Shown: one piece after another, positions 43,173 to 52,869 of the stretch
Position numbering within the stretch: position 1 is the stretch's first letter
Layout: the number at the start of each line of letters is the position of its first letter
Assembly: GCA_018824365.1 (NCBI GenBank)
Contig: JAHJGQ010000029.1
Coordinates: 1 to 53,135 of the forward strand
DNA: 53,135 nt
Direction: 5' to 3'
Source of the DNA: Nanobdellota archaeon
GTDB taxonomy: Archaea; Nanobdellota; Nanobdellia; Woesearchaeales; GW2011-AR9
The notes under the pieces: model-generated
Databases searched by the model: none
What the model was told of the DNA's origin: nothing
What the model saw: only the letters and a program-made list of their open reading frames with translations
Program-made: the position numbers and the translations under genes

Positions 43173-45902
43173 ATGGCTGATAATCAGGAAAAATGGTACC
43201 TGAAGAAGTTAGATGAAGTTTTCAAAACATTAGATTCTAGTGAAAAAGGCTTATCACAAAAAGAAGCTGAAAAAAGAATTAAAGAACACGGATATAACGA
43301 AATCAAAGAAGTAAAGAAAGACACACCATTAAAGATATTGTTAAGACAGTTTAAGTCTTTTGTTGTAGGAATTTTGGCTGTTGCCGCAATCATTTCTTTT
43401 TTTATTGGACATCAAGTAGAATTAGTTGTAATTTCTATTATTATCTTATTTGTTATTTTACTTAATTTCTTCGAAGAATATAAAGCATCTAGGGATATGG
43501 AAGCATTGATTAATTTAACTCCTAAGAAAGCTAAAATATTACGAGATGGCAAAAAAATTGAGATTTTATCTAGAGAAATAACTATAGGAGATATATTAGT
43601 TTTAGAAAGAGGAAATATAATTAGTGCTGATGCCAGGTTGATTGAAGCAAATAATCTTAAAGTAGAAGAAGCAGCTCTTACTGGAGAATCGGTTTCTGTT
43701 AACAAAACAATTACAGATTTAAAAATAAAAACACAATTAGCACAACAAGTTAATATGTTATTTGCAGGAACCACCGTTACCAATGGTGATGGTCTTGCTG
43801 TTGTTGTTGGAATAGGGGAAAATACTGAAATTGGCAAAATATCCAGTATGATTAAGAGCATTAAAGATGAGACAACCCCACTACAAAAGAGACTAGACAA
43901 ATTAACAAAACAAATTTCTATTGGAGCAATGATTATTGCAGTAATTGTTTTTATTATTGGTATTTTACAAGGAACACATTGGACTGGAATGCTCATTTTT
44001 TCGATGGCAGTTATTGTTTCAGGCATACCAGAAAGCTTACCCACAGTAGTAGCTGTAACTTTAGCTACTGGTGTAAAAAAAATGGCTAAGCGTAACGCAA
44101 TAATAAAGAGATTACCTGCTGTAGAAACTTTAGGAACATGTACAGTAATTTGTTCAGATAAAACCGGAACATTGACTCAAAATAAGATGGTCATTGAGAA
44201 CCTATTTACTTCTGATGTAGAAGTGGGTGTTACAGGTAATGGATATGAACCCAAAGGGGTTTTTCTAAAAGAGAAGATTAAGATTGATGTTAATAAACAT
44301 AAAACCATCTCTAAAATGTTAGAGATTGGAGTTTTGTGTAATAATGCAGATATTAAATTAGAGAAAAAAATCTGGACTGTTGATGGTGAGGCCACAGAAG
44401 GAGCTTTAATCACGCTTGCTAGAAAAGCAGGATTGATAACAGAGGATTATCATAAAAAATTCCCACGAAAAAAAGAGCATCCATTTGATCCAGAAAGGAA
44501 ATGCATGAGTACAATTCATCTTAATCAAGGAAAGCACTTTGTTTATTCTAAAGGAGCTCCAGAGATTCTTTTAACAAAAGCAAAGTATTATTTAGATAAT
44601 GGTAAAATCAAGAGATTAGATAAAAAAATTCTAAATTTATTCTTGGAAAAAAATAAAGAATATGCTTCAAATGGTCTGAGAGTGTTAGGTTTATCTTTTA
44701 AGGAACACAAAGGCTCTTTTGATTTAAAAAATGTAGAATCTAATTTAGTATTTGTTGGTTTAGTTTCTATACGTGATCCTCCAGCTCCAAATGTTAAAGA
44801 ATCAATAAAGCAGTGTAAAGAGGCCGGAATTAAGGTAGTGATGATTACTGGAGATAATGAGCTCACCGCTAAAGCAATCGCTACAGAATTAGGAATCTTT
44901 TCTGAAAGAGATATAGTAATGACTGGAAAAGAATTAGATGAATTAAATGATACTGTTTTTGAAAAAATGATTAATCACATTTCAGTATATGCTCGGGTAA
45001 CACCAGCACATAAATTAAGAATAGTTAAATCATTGCAAAACGTAGGACATATCGTAGGAATGACTGGTGATGGTGTCAATGATGCCCCAGCGCTTAAAAA
45101 AGCAGATATAGGGATTGCCATGGGCAAACGCGGAACGGATGTTGCCAAGGAATCTTCTGAGTTGATATTGAGAGATGATAATTTTAGTACTATCATAAAT
45201 GCTATAGAAGAAGGAAGAACCATTTATGAAAATATTAGGAAATTTATTTATTATCTTTTAGTAGGAAATGCTGCCGAAGTGTTGATTATTTTAATTGCGG
45301 TAATGGTAGGAGCAAATCTTCCATTAACTGCATTAATGGTGCTTTTTATTAATTTAGTTACCAGTGAATTTCCTGCACTAGGGCTTAGTTTTGAGAAGCC
45401 ATCATTAAAAATTATGAAACAAAGACCTAGAGATCATAAGGAAGGAATACTGAGCGATTATTTGATTTTTAAGATTGGACAGATAATACCTTTAATAGTT
45501 CTTGGAGCAATTGCTTTATACGTTTGGGAACTTATGATGAAGAGTGGTGAAATACCAAAAGCACAAACTGTCGCATTTGCAACAATAATATTCTTTGAAC
45601 TATTCCATGCTTTGAATGCAAAAAGTTGGGATGAAACAATATTTTCGAAGAATTTTTTCTCCAACTTTTACGTACTGGGAGGTATCGCACTCGCTGCAGT
45701 ATTAACAGTATTGGTTATATACCTGCCATTTTTACAGAATATTTTTGGAACTGTAGCTTTAGATATTAAAGATTGGATTATCATTATCGCTGTCTCTTCT
45801 AGTGCGATGTGGATTATAGAACTGCAAAAGACTTTACTTCAGGCAGAATTGAAAGAAAGAAAAAAAATGGAAATTCATCCGACAAGGATTGATGTAGATT
45901 AA
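43173..45902 (+). CDS. P-type cation-transporting ATPase (P2-type, Ca2+/cation pump-like)
   Basis: 909 aa. LTGES, CSDKTGTLT, PESLP in TM4, MITGDN, MTGDGVNDAPALKKADIGIAMG. Confidence 0.9.
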   Translation: MADNQEKWYLKKLDEVFKTLDSSEKGLSQKEAEKRIKEHGYNEIKEVKKDTPLKILLRQFKSFVVGILAVAAIISFFIGHQVELVVISIIILFVILLNFFEEYKASRDMEALINLTPKKAKILRDGKKIEILSREITIGDILVLERGNIISADARLIEANNLKVEEAALTGESVSVNKTITDLKIKTQLAQQVNMLFAGTTVTNGDGLAVVVGIGENTEIGKISSMIKSIKDETTPLQKRLDKLTKQISIGAMIIAVIVFIIGILQGTHWTGMLIFSMAVIVSGIPESLPTVVAVTLATGVKKMAKRNAIIKRLPAVETLGTCTVICSDKTGTLTQNKMVIENLFTSDVEVGVTGNGYEPKGVFLKEKIKIDVNKHKTISKMLEIGVLCNNADIKLEKKIWTVDGEATEGALITLARKAGLITEDYHKKFPRKKEHPFDPERKCMSTIHLNQGKHFVYSKGAPEILLTKAKYYLDNGKIKRLDKKILNLFLEKNKEYASNGLRVLGLSFKEHKGSFDLKNVESNLVFVGLVSIRDPPAPNVKESIKQCKEAGIKVVMITGDNELTAKAIATELGIFSERDIVMTGKELDELNDTVFEKMINHISVYARVTPAHKLRIVKSLQNVGHIVGMTGDGVNDAPALKKADIGIAMGKRGTDVAKESSELILRDDNFSTIINAIEEGRTIYENIRKFIYYLLVGNAAEVLIILIAVMVGANLPLTALMVLFINLVTSEFPALGLSFEKPSLKIMKQRPRDHKEGILSDYLIFKIGQIIPLIVLGAIALYVWELMMKSGEIPKAQTVAFATIIFFELFHALNAKSWDETIFSKNFFSNFYVLGGIALAAVLTVLVIYLPFLQNIFGTVALDIKDWIIIIAVSSSAMWIIELQKTLLQAELKERKKMEIHPTRIDVD

Positions 45903-46120
45903 TCCTCCTATTTTCCATTATCTAACAATTAAACAATCCTCTCCCTACATTTCTAGGCAGTACTTAACTCACAAAAAATTAAAATTATTTATCCTAAAAT
46001 AATTGTACAAAAAGATTTAAGGAGATGATGAACCACTAAGTGGTATTTTTCCAAAATTAAGTGTTTTAATGCACAAAATTTGTTATTACAAACTCTAAAA
46101 ACTATAAAGACGGTTAAAAG

Positions 46121-47329
46121 ATGGTATTCGTCGAGATCTTACTAGCTTTGATTTTAGGTATATTTAGTGGATGTATTACCGGCCTTATTCCCGGAATCCA
46201 TGTTAATCTCATTTCAGTACTTATTATTTCTTTATCACCACTTTTATTGACGATTACTTCACCAATAGTCTTAGCAGTATTTATCATCAGCTTAGCGATT
46301 ACACATACATTTCTAGATTCAATCCCTAGTATTTATTTAGGGGCTCCAGATGAGGCTCAAGCTTTGAATGTACTGCCTGGACATAGGTTATTGAACAAAG
46401 GAGAAGGACATAATGCTATTGTCTATACAGTGATTGGTTCTTTAGGTTGTTTAATTTTAGCAATAGTTCTATTTCCTATTTTTATTGTAAGCATGGAAAA
46501 GATTTATCCTTTGGTTAAGACTTATATTGGTTATATCCTTTCATTGATTATGATAATAATGATTAGTAAAGATAAAGGAAAAAGAATGAAAAGTTTAGTT
46601 GCTTTCTTATTGGCTGGATGTATAGGACTGATTATTTTTAGTATCCCCAATTTAAAACAACCTTTATTTCCGCTTTTGTCAGGATTATTTGGTTTTTCCA
46701 TTTTATTATTTAGTTTAATGCAAAAATCGATAATTCCACAACAAGATTTGACAAAACCATTAACAATAACAAAAAAAAATATTGTTAAATCAGTTACTGC
46801 AGCTTCAGGAGTTGGTTTCATTGCCGCTTTCCTGCCGGGTTTTGGTTCATCGCAGGCAGCTATTGTTGCTACTAATGTTGTCGGTGATGTTGGCGATGAA
46901 GGCTTTCTTTCCTTAGTTGGCGGGATTAATACTGCTAATATGTTGATCAGTGTTGCTACTGCTTATGTCTTAGATAAAGCTAGAAATGGAGCTATACTAA
47001 CTGTAAACAAGCTATTGGGAAAGATTGGTTTTCAAGAGATGCTAATTTTCTTAGCAGTTGCTTTAGTTGTAGGGGGCATTGCTTCAATCTTAGCTTTGAT
47101 GTTATCTAAAGCTTTTTCTAAATTAATTGTCAAAGTTAATTATAATAAAATTGTTTTAAGTATTATTATTTTTATTACTTTACTTACATTCTATTTTGAC
47201 GGTTTTATAGGATTAACCATTTTGGCTACCTCAACTGCCATAGGTTTAGCTGCTTCATATTGGGGCGTAGGAAAAAATCATTTGATGGGCTGCTTGATAC
47301 TGCCAGTTATTCTTTATTTTGTTTTGTGA
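46121..47329 (+). CDS. TctA-family / DUF112 membrane permease
   Basis: 402 aa, polytopic, with repeated G.IPG / LPGFG motifs (GLIPGIHVN, FLPGFGSSQA). Confidence 0.65.
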   Translation: MVFVEILLALILGIFSGCITGLIPGIHVNLISVLIISLSPLLLTITSPIVLAVFIISLAITHTFLDSIPSIYLGAPDEAQALNVLPGHRLLNKGEGHNAIVYTVIGSLGCLILAIVLFPIFIVSMEKIYPLVKTYIGYILSLIMIIMISKDKGKRMKSLVAFLLAGCIGLIIFSIPNLKQPLFPLLSGLFGFSILLFSLMQKSIIPQQDLTKPLTITKKNIVKSVTAASGVGFIAAFLPGFGSSQAAIVATNVVGDVGDEGFLSLVGGINTANMLISVATAYVLDKARNGAILTVNKLLGKIGFQEMLIFLAVALVVGGIASILALMLSKAFSKLIVKVNYNKIVLSIIIFITLLTFYFDGFIGLTILATSTAIGLAASYWGVGKNHLMGCLILPVILYFVL

Positions 47330-47379
47330 ACAGAAATGTATAATTAAATAATCAATATATTTATTTTTTTAGACTCAAT

Positions 47380-48057
47380 TCAAAACTTAACCAAATATTT
47401 TAACAATATCCAGATTATAAATCCAACTATCCCTAAAAAGATAATCTTGATGAATAAAAATCTTACTCTTCTCTTAAGTTTTTTCCAAAACCTTCTTCTT
47501 TCTGCTCTCTTTCTTAATACTTCATCAAAATGGCTTTTTACTTTAAATATCCTGATGGGTCTTTTCAAACCTCTTAATTTTCTTAAGCCCAGATGAATAT
47601 ATTGTGTCTCATTTTTATTCATTGCAGAATAAACTGCTTCACTAAAAACAATCTCTCCAGCTTTAGCTATACCTTCTAATCTGGCTGCTATATTTACGGC
47701 ATCTCCATAGATATCATTTTTCCTTATGCTGACTTCTCCTGTATGAAGTGCTACCCTTATCATTAATTCATCTTTGGATTTTTTTCCTTTACTATATTTC
47801 TGAAAAGTATTTTGTAATTCCATTCCGCAGAGTACTGCATTTGTTGGAGACTTAAAAGATACTAAGAAAGCATCGCCTATTTTCTTGATTATTTTTCCAT
47901 CATAATTTCTAAACACTGGAATGGAAAGTTCATCAAATATGTCATGTAGTTCATTAAACTTCTCCCGGCTAAGCCTAGCAGTAGTTTTAGTATATCCTAC
48001 TATGTCAATAAACATTATAGTTAATACTTCAAAATCAGGATATTCTTTATTCATCAC
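47380..48057 (-). CDS. Class III adenylate/guanylate cyclase domain protein with a C-terminal TM anchor
   Basis: 225 aa. FIDIVGYT, GDAFLVSF, RVALHTGEV and GDAVNIAARLEG, then a basic stretch and TM IIFLGIVGFIIWILL. Confidence 0.8.
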   Translation of the reverse strand: MMNKEYPDFEVLTIMFIDIVGYTKTTARLSREKFNELHDIFDELSIPVFRNYDGKIIKKIGDAFLVSFKSPTNAVLCGMELQNTFQKYSKGKKSKDELMIRVALHTGEVSIRKNDIYGDAVNIAARLEGIAKAGEIVFSEAVYSAMNKNETQYIHLGLRKLRGLKRPIRIFKVKSHFDEVLRKRAERRRFWKKLKRRVRFLFIKIIFLGIVGFIIWILLKYLVKF

Positions 48058-48165
48058 TACCTAGGAATTATTCCCATTTATAAATGTTTTTTAATTTTTT
48101 ACTGTAAATAAAGTATTAAAGCTTTATTTACATCCTAAAAATCAATTAACTAAACTTTAATTTAA

Positions 48166-49047
48166 TCATTGATTTTTCTTGAGTTCCTTAAGCAAGATAG
48201 GTGTAATGTCAATCTTATTGGTTGGATGTTCAATACAATTTGTTGTAAATATCCTGTCAACACCGGCTTTCTTTAATTTATCAATGGCATTCTCAACAAA
48301 CAGGCCATGAACTCCTATGGCAGTAACGCTTTTTGCTTTCATTTTCTTAGCTTTCTTGGCAGCTTCTGCTATTGTATGTCCGGTAGAAATGATGTCATCA
48401 ACGATTACAACATTCTTCCCTTCAATTGAAACTGGTTTAATCATCTTTTCAGTTACATGTCTTGAGCTAAACCTTGTTTTTTTTAATACTGTAGCTTCTG
48501 CTCCAATTTGTTTGGCGATAACTTCTGCCCATTGATAAGATTCCCAATCTGGTCCCATGATAACTACATCTTTCATCTTTTTCTTGATGAACTCTGCAAT
48601 TACAGGGTTGGCTGTTAATTTCACAGCAGAAATAGTAAATATGTCTTTTAGCGACTTATATCTATGGATGTGTGGATCGATAGTAATAATCTTATCTATT
48701 GAATTGTTCAATAACTTGGCCATTATTCTTGAGGAGATAGCTTCCCCTGAATTAAATCTTTTATCTTGTCTCATGTATGCTAAATATGGTGCAACAAGAA
48801 CAACCTTCTTTGCTCCAAGATCTTTTGCAGTTTCAGCAGCAAAAATAATGTCAAACAGTGACATATCGGAATTTGGCTGGAATGATTGGACTATTACAAC
48901 TTTTTTATTTTTTACATCTGTATTAAATCTCAGATAAATATCTCCATCTGGAAAAGAAGAGATTGTTAATGGAGAAAACTTCTTCTTTAATTTTTTAGCG
49001 ATTTCTTTAGCGATATCAATAGAATTGCCGCAGCTCGTAATTATCAT
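48166..49047 (-). CDS. prs: Ribose-phosphate pyrophosphokinase
   Basis: PRPP-binding loop VVIVDDIISTGHTI. Start set at the ATG preceded by GAGGTGA at 7-nt spacing; the track's TTG start is 21 nt further upstream. Confidence 0.9.
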   Translation of the reverse strand: MIITSCGNSIDIAKEIAKKLKKKFSPLTISSFPDGDIYLRFNTDVKNKKVVIVQSFQPNSDMSLFDIIFAAETAKDLGAKKVVLVAPYLAYMRQDKRFNSGEAISSRIMAKLLNNSIDKIITIDPHIHRYKSLKDIFTISAVKLTANPVIAEFIKKKMKDVVIMGPDWESYQWAEVIAKQIGAEATVLKKTRFSSRHVTEKMIKPVSIEGKNVVIVDDIISTGHTIAEAAKKAKKMKAKSVTAIGVHGLFVENAIDKLKKAGVDRIFTTNCIEHPTNKIDITPILLKELKKNQ

Positions 49048-49096
49048 CAAACTCACCTCTTTGTGCAAAGGTAAAATTTTTATGTTTATAAAAGTA

Positions 49097-49236
49097 ATCT
49101 TTAAGTGTAAAATAGGTCAGCTTGCACGGCACGATTATTTTTGGCTCAAAGTAAAATCTTAACAACTTAATTTAAGCTCAACTTACCAAAAATGTGCCTC
49201 CATTGGCAAAGCAGACCTATTACTTATCTTTAAGTG
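49097..49236. mobile_element. MITE-like element: long imperfect hairpin flanked by an 11-bp perfect direct repeat
   Basis: Direct repeats ATCTTTAAGTG at 49097-49107 and 49226-49236. The arms pair as AATAGGTC/GACCTATT, GCTTGC/GCAAAGC (one bulge), GGCAC/GTGCC and ATTTTTGG/CCAAAAAT, about 27 bp in total. Lies in the divergent prs-lysS intergenic region. Confidence 0.4.
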
Positions 49237-49324
49237 AGCTATTAAAGCAAATAAATTAAATTTTCTTGAAGTATACTTAATAGTTTGAAAAAGTTTATAT
49301 AATTCTTCTTTTTAGTTTGTTTTC

Positions 49325-50848
49325 ATGGCAAAGAAATTGGAGATAGATGCAAGCAAACTGCAAAAATTAAATGAATTAAAAGAAAAAGGAGTGGATCCTT
49401 ATCCTTATACTTTTAGTCAGACCCATCATGCTAAAGAGATTAATGAGATGTATTCTACACTGAAAAAAGAGACAAAAACAAAAGTTAAAGTAAGTATCGC
49501 TGGAAGAATTATGTTAAAAAGAGTCATGGGTAAGGCGAGTTTTTTTCATATCCAAGATGAAACTGGAAGAGTACAATTATATCTTACAAAAGATATTCTT
49601 GGTGATGAACTTTACAAAATTCTGACAAAGAAAACCGATATGGGAGATATAATTGGTGCAGAAGGAATTATTTTTAAGACTAAGATGGGGGAAGTTACTA
49701 TAGAAGTGCAGTCAGCAGAAATTCTTTGTAAATCTTTGTTAATGCTTCCTGAAAAATTTCATGGTCTTAAAGATATTGAATTGAAATACAGACAAAGATA
49801 CCTTGACTTGATAATGAATCCTGAAACAAAAGATGTTTTCCTGAAAAGAAGCGAGATGATTAAAGTGATTAGGGATTATTTTTCAGAAAAAGGATTTATT
49901 GAAGTTGAAACTCCAGCATTACAGACAATTTATGGTGGAGCTAATGCTCGGCCTTTTATCACTCATATAAATGCTTGGGACATGGAAATGTATCTTTCTA
50001 TCTCTCCTGAACTTTTCCTTAAAAGATTGCTTGTGGGAGGATTTGAAAAAGTTTTCACTATCTGTAAAAATTTCAGGAATGAAGATGTTGATCCTTCACA
50101 TAATCCTGAATTTACAATGTTGGAGATATATCAAGCTTATGTTGATTATAATGCTATGATGGAGTATCTTGAACAGGTTTACGAAAAAGCCTGTATCGCT
50201 ATAAATGGTACAACAAAAGTGATGCAAAAATACAAAGGGAAAGAAGTAGTTATTGATTTTAAAGCTCCCTGGAAAAGGATGACCATGATTGATGCTCTTA
50301 AACATTATGCTGATATTGATGTTTCTAAGATATCCGAGAAAGATATTAAGAATATTGTTGAAAAGAATAAGATTGAATATGAATCTGATTTTAGCTGGGG
50401 TTTAGGAGTGCAATTGTTGTTTGAGGAATTTGTAGAAGAAAAATTAATTCAACCGGTGCATATCTATGACCATCCTAAAGAAAGCACACCGCTTTGTAAA
50501 CCAAGCCGGAATGATTCTCGCTTAATTGAACGATTTGAATCTTTTTGTATGGGTATGGAGCTATGTAACGCTTATTCTGAATTAAATGATCCTATATTAC
50601 AAAGGGGATTGTTAGAGAAACAAGCAAAAGAATTACGTGCAGGAGATGAGGAAGCCCATCCCATGGATGAGGATTTTGTTAATGCTATAGAATATGGAAT
50701 GCCGCCTGCCGGCGGTTTAGGTTTTGGTATTGACAGGATGGCTGTCATCTTGACTGGAGTTGATGCAATAAGGGATGTAATTTTATTTCCTACAGTTAAA
50801 CCTGTTGAAGAAGAGAAAAAAAGGCAAGAAGATCAGAAAAGCAGCTAA
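49325..50848 (+). CDS. lysS: Lysyl-tRNA synthetase, class II
   Basis: 507 aa. N-terminal OB-fold region, motif 2 FRNEDVDPSHNPEFTMLE, motif 3 GGLGFGIDRM. Confidence 0.92.
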   Translation: MAKKLEIDASKLQKLNELKEKGVDPYPYTFSQTHHAKEINEMYSTLKKETKTKVKVSIAGRIMLKRVMGKASFFHIQDETGRVQLYLTKDILGDELYKILTKKTDMGDIIGAEGIIFKTKMGEVTIEVQSAEILCKSLLMLPEKFHGLKDIELKYRQRYLDLIMNPETKDVFLKRSEMIKVIRDYFSEKGFIEVETPALQTIYGGANARPFITHINAWDMEMYLSISPELFLKRLLVGGFEKVFTICKNFRNEDVDPSHNPEFTMLEIYQAYVDYNAMMEYLEQVYEKACIAINGTTKVMQKYKGKEVVIDFKAPWKRMTMIDALKHYADIDVSKISEKDIKNIVEKNKIEYESDFSWGLGVQLLFEEFVEEKLIQPVHIYDHPKESTPLCKPSRNDSRLIERFESFCMGMELCNAYSELNDPILQRGLLEKQAKELRAGDEEAHPMDEDFVNAIEYGMPPAGGLGFGIDRMAVILTGVDAIRDVILFPTVKPVEEEKKRQEDQKSS

Positions 50849-50853
50849 ACTTC

Positions 50854-51147
50854 TCAAAGATGCTTAGGCTCGTATAACTGTACGCCTATAACATACTTAA
50901 ATTTGCCGGCATCTTCACCAAATCTTTCTTTTAATGTTTTATATCCAACATTCTTTTGGACAACTTGACCATCTTCTATTTGCTCTTTTACAAGAAATCC
51001 TTCTTCATTATATTCTTCGCCTATCCGCCATCTGATCTGGGCACTTCCTATCTCTAAGGAAATATTTGAACCTACTTCTTTTCTTTCGTTAAGATGTACT
51101 CTTGCTCCTTTTCTTGTAACATCAGTTATCAATATGTCTTCAATCAT
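50854..51147 (-). CDS. Hypothetical protein (97 aa)
   Basis: Clean ORF, beta-rich composition, no confident motif. Confidence 0.45.
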   Translation of the reverse strand: MIEDILITDVTRKGARVHLNERKEVGSNISLEIGSAQIRWRIGEEYNEEGFLVKEQIEDGQVVQKNVGYKTLKERFGEDAGKFKYVIGVQLYEPKHL

Positions 51148-51178
51148 TTTAGAATGTGATAATTACCATTTTAAAAAT

Positions 51179-51700
51179 CTATTGCTTAAACCAATGTAAA
51201 ATAGGGAACATACTTTTTTCTTCTTCATCTAATACAAAGAAGCTTGTTTGATCAAATCCCATCCTTTGATATTCTTGAACTTCATAGTAGAAAGTAGGTT
51301 CGACCAAAATACTTTCAATAGTGGGATCTTCTTTTAAAATTTGTAGCATTTCGGGAAAGTATTCATTAGCATATAATGGAGTAAATGTCTCCCTTCCTTG
51401 TTCATAAGTGATGACTGCTGTAATCACTGCTATTGTTTCAGCAGTGACTATGTCCGATAATTTGTCTTTTTGATTTCCAAATTTGTCACATATCTCTTTA
51501 GTAGAAAAATATTCTCGTACATCCTGATCGAAATCAGGTGAAGAGGGATCAAAAACTTCATACTGCAATACAGCTTTCACTCCTGGAAACTTAGCTGTTA
51601 TATTCCCATCATTAATTTTTCCTAGTTTGACATCTTGATAATGGTCTTCTACAACATATGTCAAGCCTTCTCTATCCTGTCTAAAGTAGCTAATAATCAT
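51179..51700 (-). CDS. Hypothetical protein (173 aa)
   Basis: Clean ORF. C-terminal EYQRMGFD weakly resembles the GNAT motif B; not enough for a call. Confidence 0.45.
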   Translation of the reverse strand: MIISYFRQDREGLTYVVEDHYQDVKLGKINDGNITAKFPGVKAVLQYEVFDPSSPDFDQDVREYFSTKEICDKFGNQKDKLSDIVTAETIAVITAVITYEQGRETFTPLYANEYFPEMLQILKEDPTIESILVEPTFYYEVQEYQRMGFDQTSFFVLDEEEKSMFPILHWFKQ

Positions 51701-51738
51701 TTTTTCTAAAACATCTAGAAATCCTCTTTAAAAAATGG

Positions 51739-51889
51739 TGTGGACGGCAGGGCTTTCGTTAGTTTCCTAATCTTCCTCTTACCAGATTTAGGAAATCTGT
51801 TTCGAACCTGCGTAAGCACTAAGCTAATGGGTGTCTTCGGAAAGACATCCGCCTAAGCCCATCCCGTTTGACCTCTCCGGCACGTCCAC
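51739..51889 (-). tRNA. tRNA-Leu(UAG): tRNA-Leu(UAG), class II, with a canonical 37/38 intron and a T-arm intron
   Basis: Read on the minus strand. Acceptor GTGGACG/CGTCCAC, D arm CCG-GAGAGGTCAAA-CGG. Anticodon arm ATGGG-CTTAGG[19 nt]A-CCCAT. 15-nt variable arm. T arm GCAGG-TTCGAAA-[48 nt]-CCTGC. Discriminator A. TATA-like TTTTTTAAATAAA about 27 nt upstream. Confidence 0.85.
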
Positions 51890-51954
51890 ATTGGGATGTT
51901 TTGAGAAGAGTTTATTTAAAAAAGTATCGGAAAAGAAAGAAAAAAAAGAAAAAA

Positions 51955-52869
51955 TTAAACTAATTCTCTCACTTCAGGAAGGAGTTCATCTTTTTCTATA
52001 TGTTTGAGGAAACAACCGAGATTATATCCATATCTATTTGCACGAGTTGCACTTGATCTTAGATCACTTGTTGCTTCGTCTAACCTGGTTTGCATACTAC
52101 TGAATGAATTGTAAGTGCTTTTAACTTTTATCAGTGTACTTACAAGCTCTTTCATAGCGTGTTTTCTTACATTTTCTGAGAGTTTTTCATTTTCAGTCAT
52201 TTCTATAAGTACTTCATAACCTTTTTCTAGGCTTAATCTTTCATAAACATCCTCGATTGCTTCTCCAGCTGTACCTAATGGTAAATCCACATTACTACCA
52301 ATTTCATTCATATATTTAGCCACCCAATTGCATCTTGGATAGTCGTTGAATAATGCTTGAGGAATGTTTTTTGGTTTGTCATTGAGGCGTGTATCCAAGT
52401 ATCTTTGAGCTTCGCTTATTCTTTCATTAGCATTATCCAAACTATTTCTAACTGGTCCAGTTATTCCTTCAATCAGACCAGAAGCCATTTCTTTAATTCT
52501 CTCTTTTGCCGAATCTCTTATGTCTTCAGAAATTCTTTCATCTTCAGATAAAAGTATTAATCTTTTATAACCCAAGCATGCGTAACCATAACCTAAGCCC
52601 AAAAAACCCATATAAGGAACAGAATTATCAACGAGAGTTCTAGCTGCTTTCTCAACTCTTTCCTCCGCTAATTTTCTTATCTGTTCAGGGAGCTCTTCAT
52701 GATTAGCAATATCTGTGAGGCTTTGATAATCTCCACTTTTAGCATATTTGTCTAAGCACTTTGGTAGTTCTGTTACACACCATTTTTCTCCTTTTGCTGC
52801 TCCTTCAACAATATAACTCCAAAATCCAAAATTTTGTTTTTTTCTATCCATCTTTTCATCAATTGTCAT
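51955..52869 (-). CDS. Helical-repeat hypothetical protein
   Basis: 304 aa with a recurring motif: ELPEQIRKLAEERVEKAA, RISEDIRDSAKERIKEMA, KLSENVRKHAMKELVS. Confidence 0.5.
   Translation of the reverse strand: MTIDEKMDRKKQNFGFWSYIVEGAAKGEKWCVTELPKCLDKYAKSGDYQSLTDIANHEELPEQIRKLAEERVEKAARTLVDNSVPYMGFLGLGYGYACLGYKRLILLSEDERISEDIRDSAKERIKEMASGLIEGITGPVRNSLDNANERISEAQRYLDTRLNDKPKNIPQALFNDYPRCNWVAKYMNEIGSNVDLPLGTAGEAIEDVYERLSLEKGYEVLIEMTENEKLSENVRKHAMKELVSTLIKVKSTYNSFSSMQTRLDEATSDLRSSATRANRYGYNLGCFLKHIEKDELLPEVRELV

Noticed and set aside
43412-44044. Long antisense ORFs inside large genes (this one, and also 26258..26851, 9949..10401, 9116..9484 and 20065..20514)
   Set aside because: These are shadow ORFs opposite well-supported genes. 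They have no motifs and skewed composition.
50854-51147. PilZ-like reading of the 97-aa protein (RKGAR ... NISLEIG)
   Set aside because: The motif spacing and the extra residue do not fit RxxxR / (D/N)xSxxG. No diguanylate cyclase is evident. The match is too weak to call.
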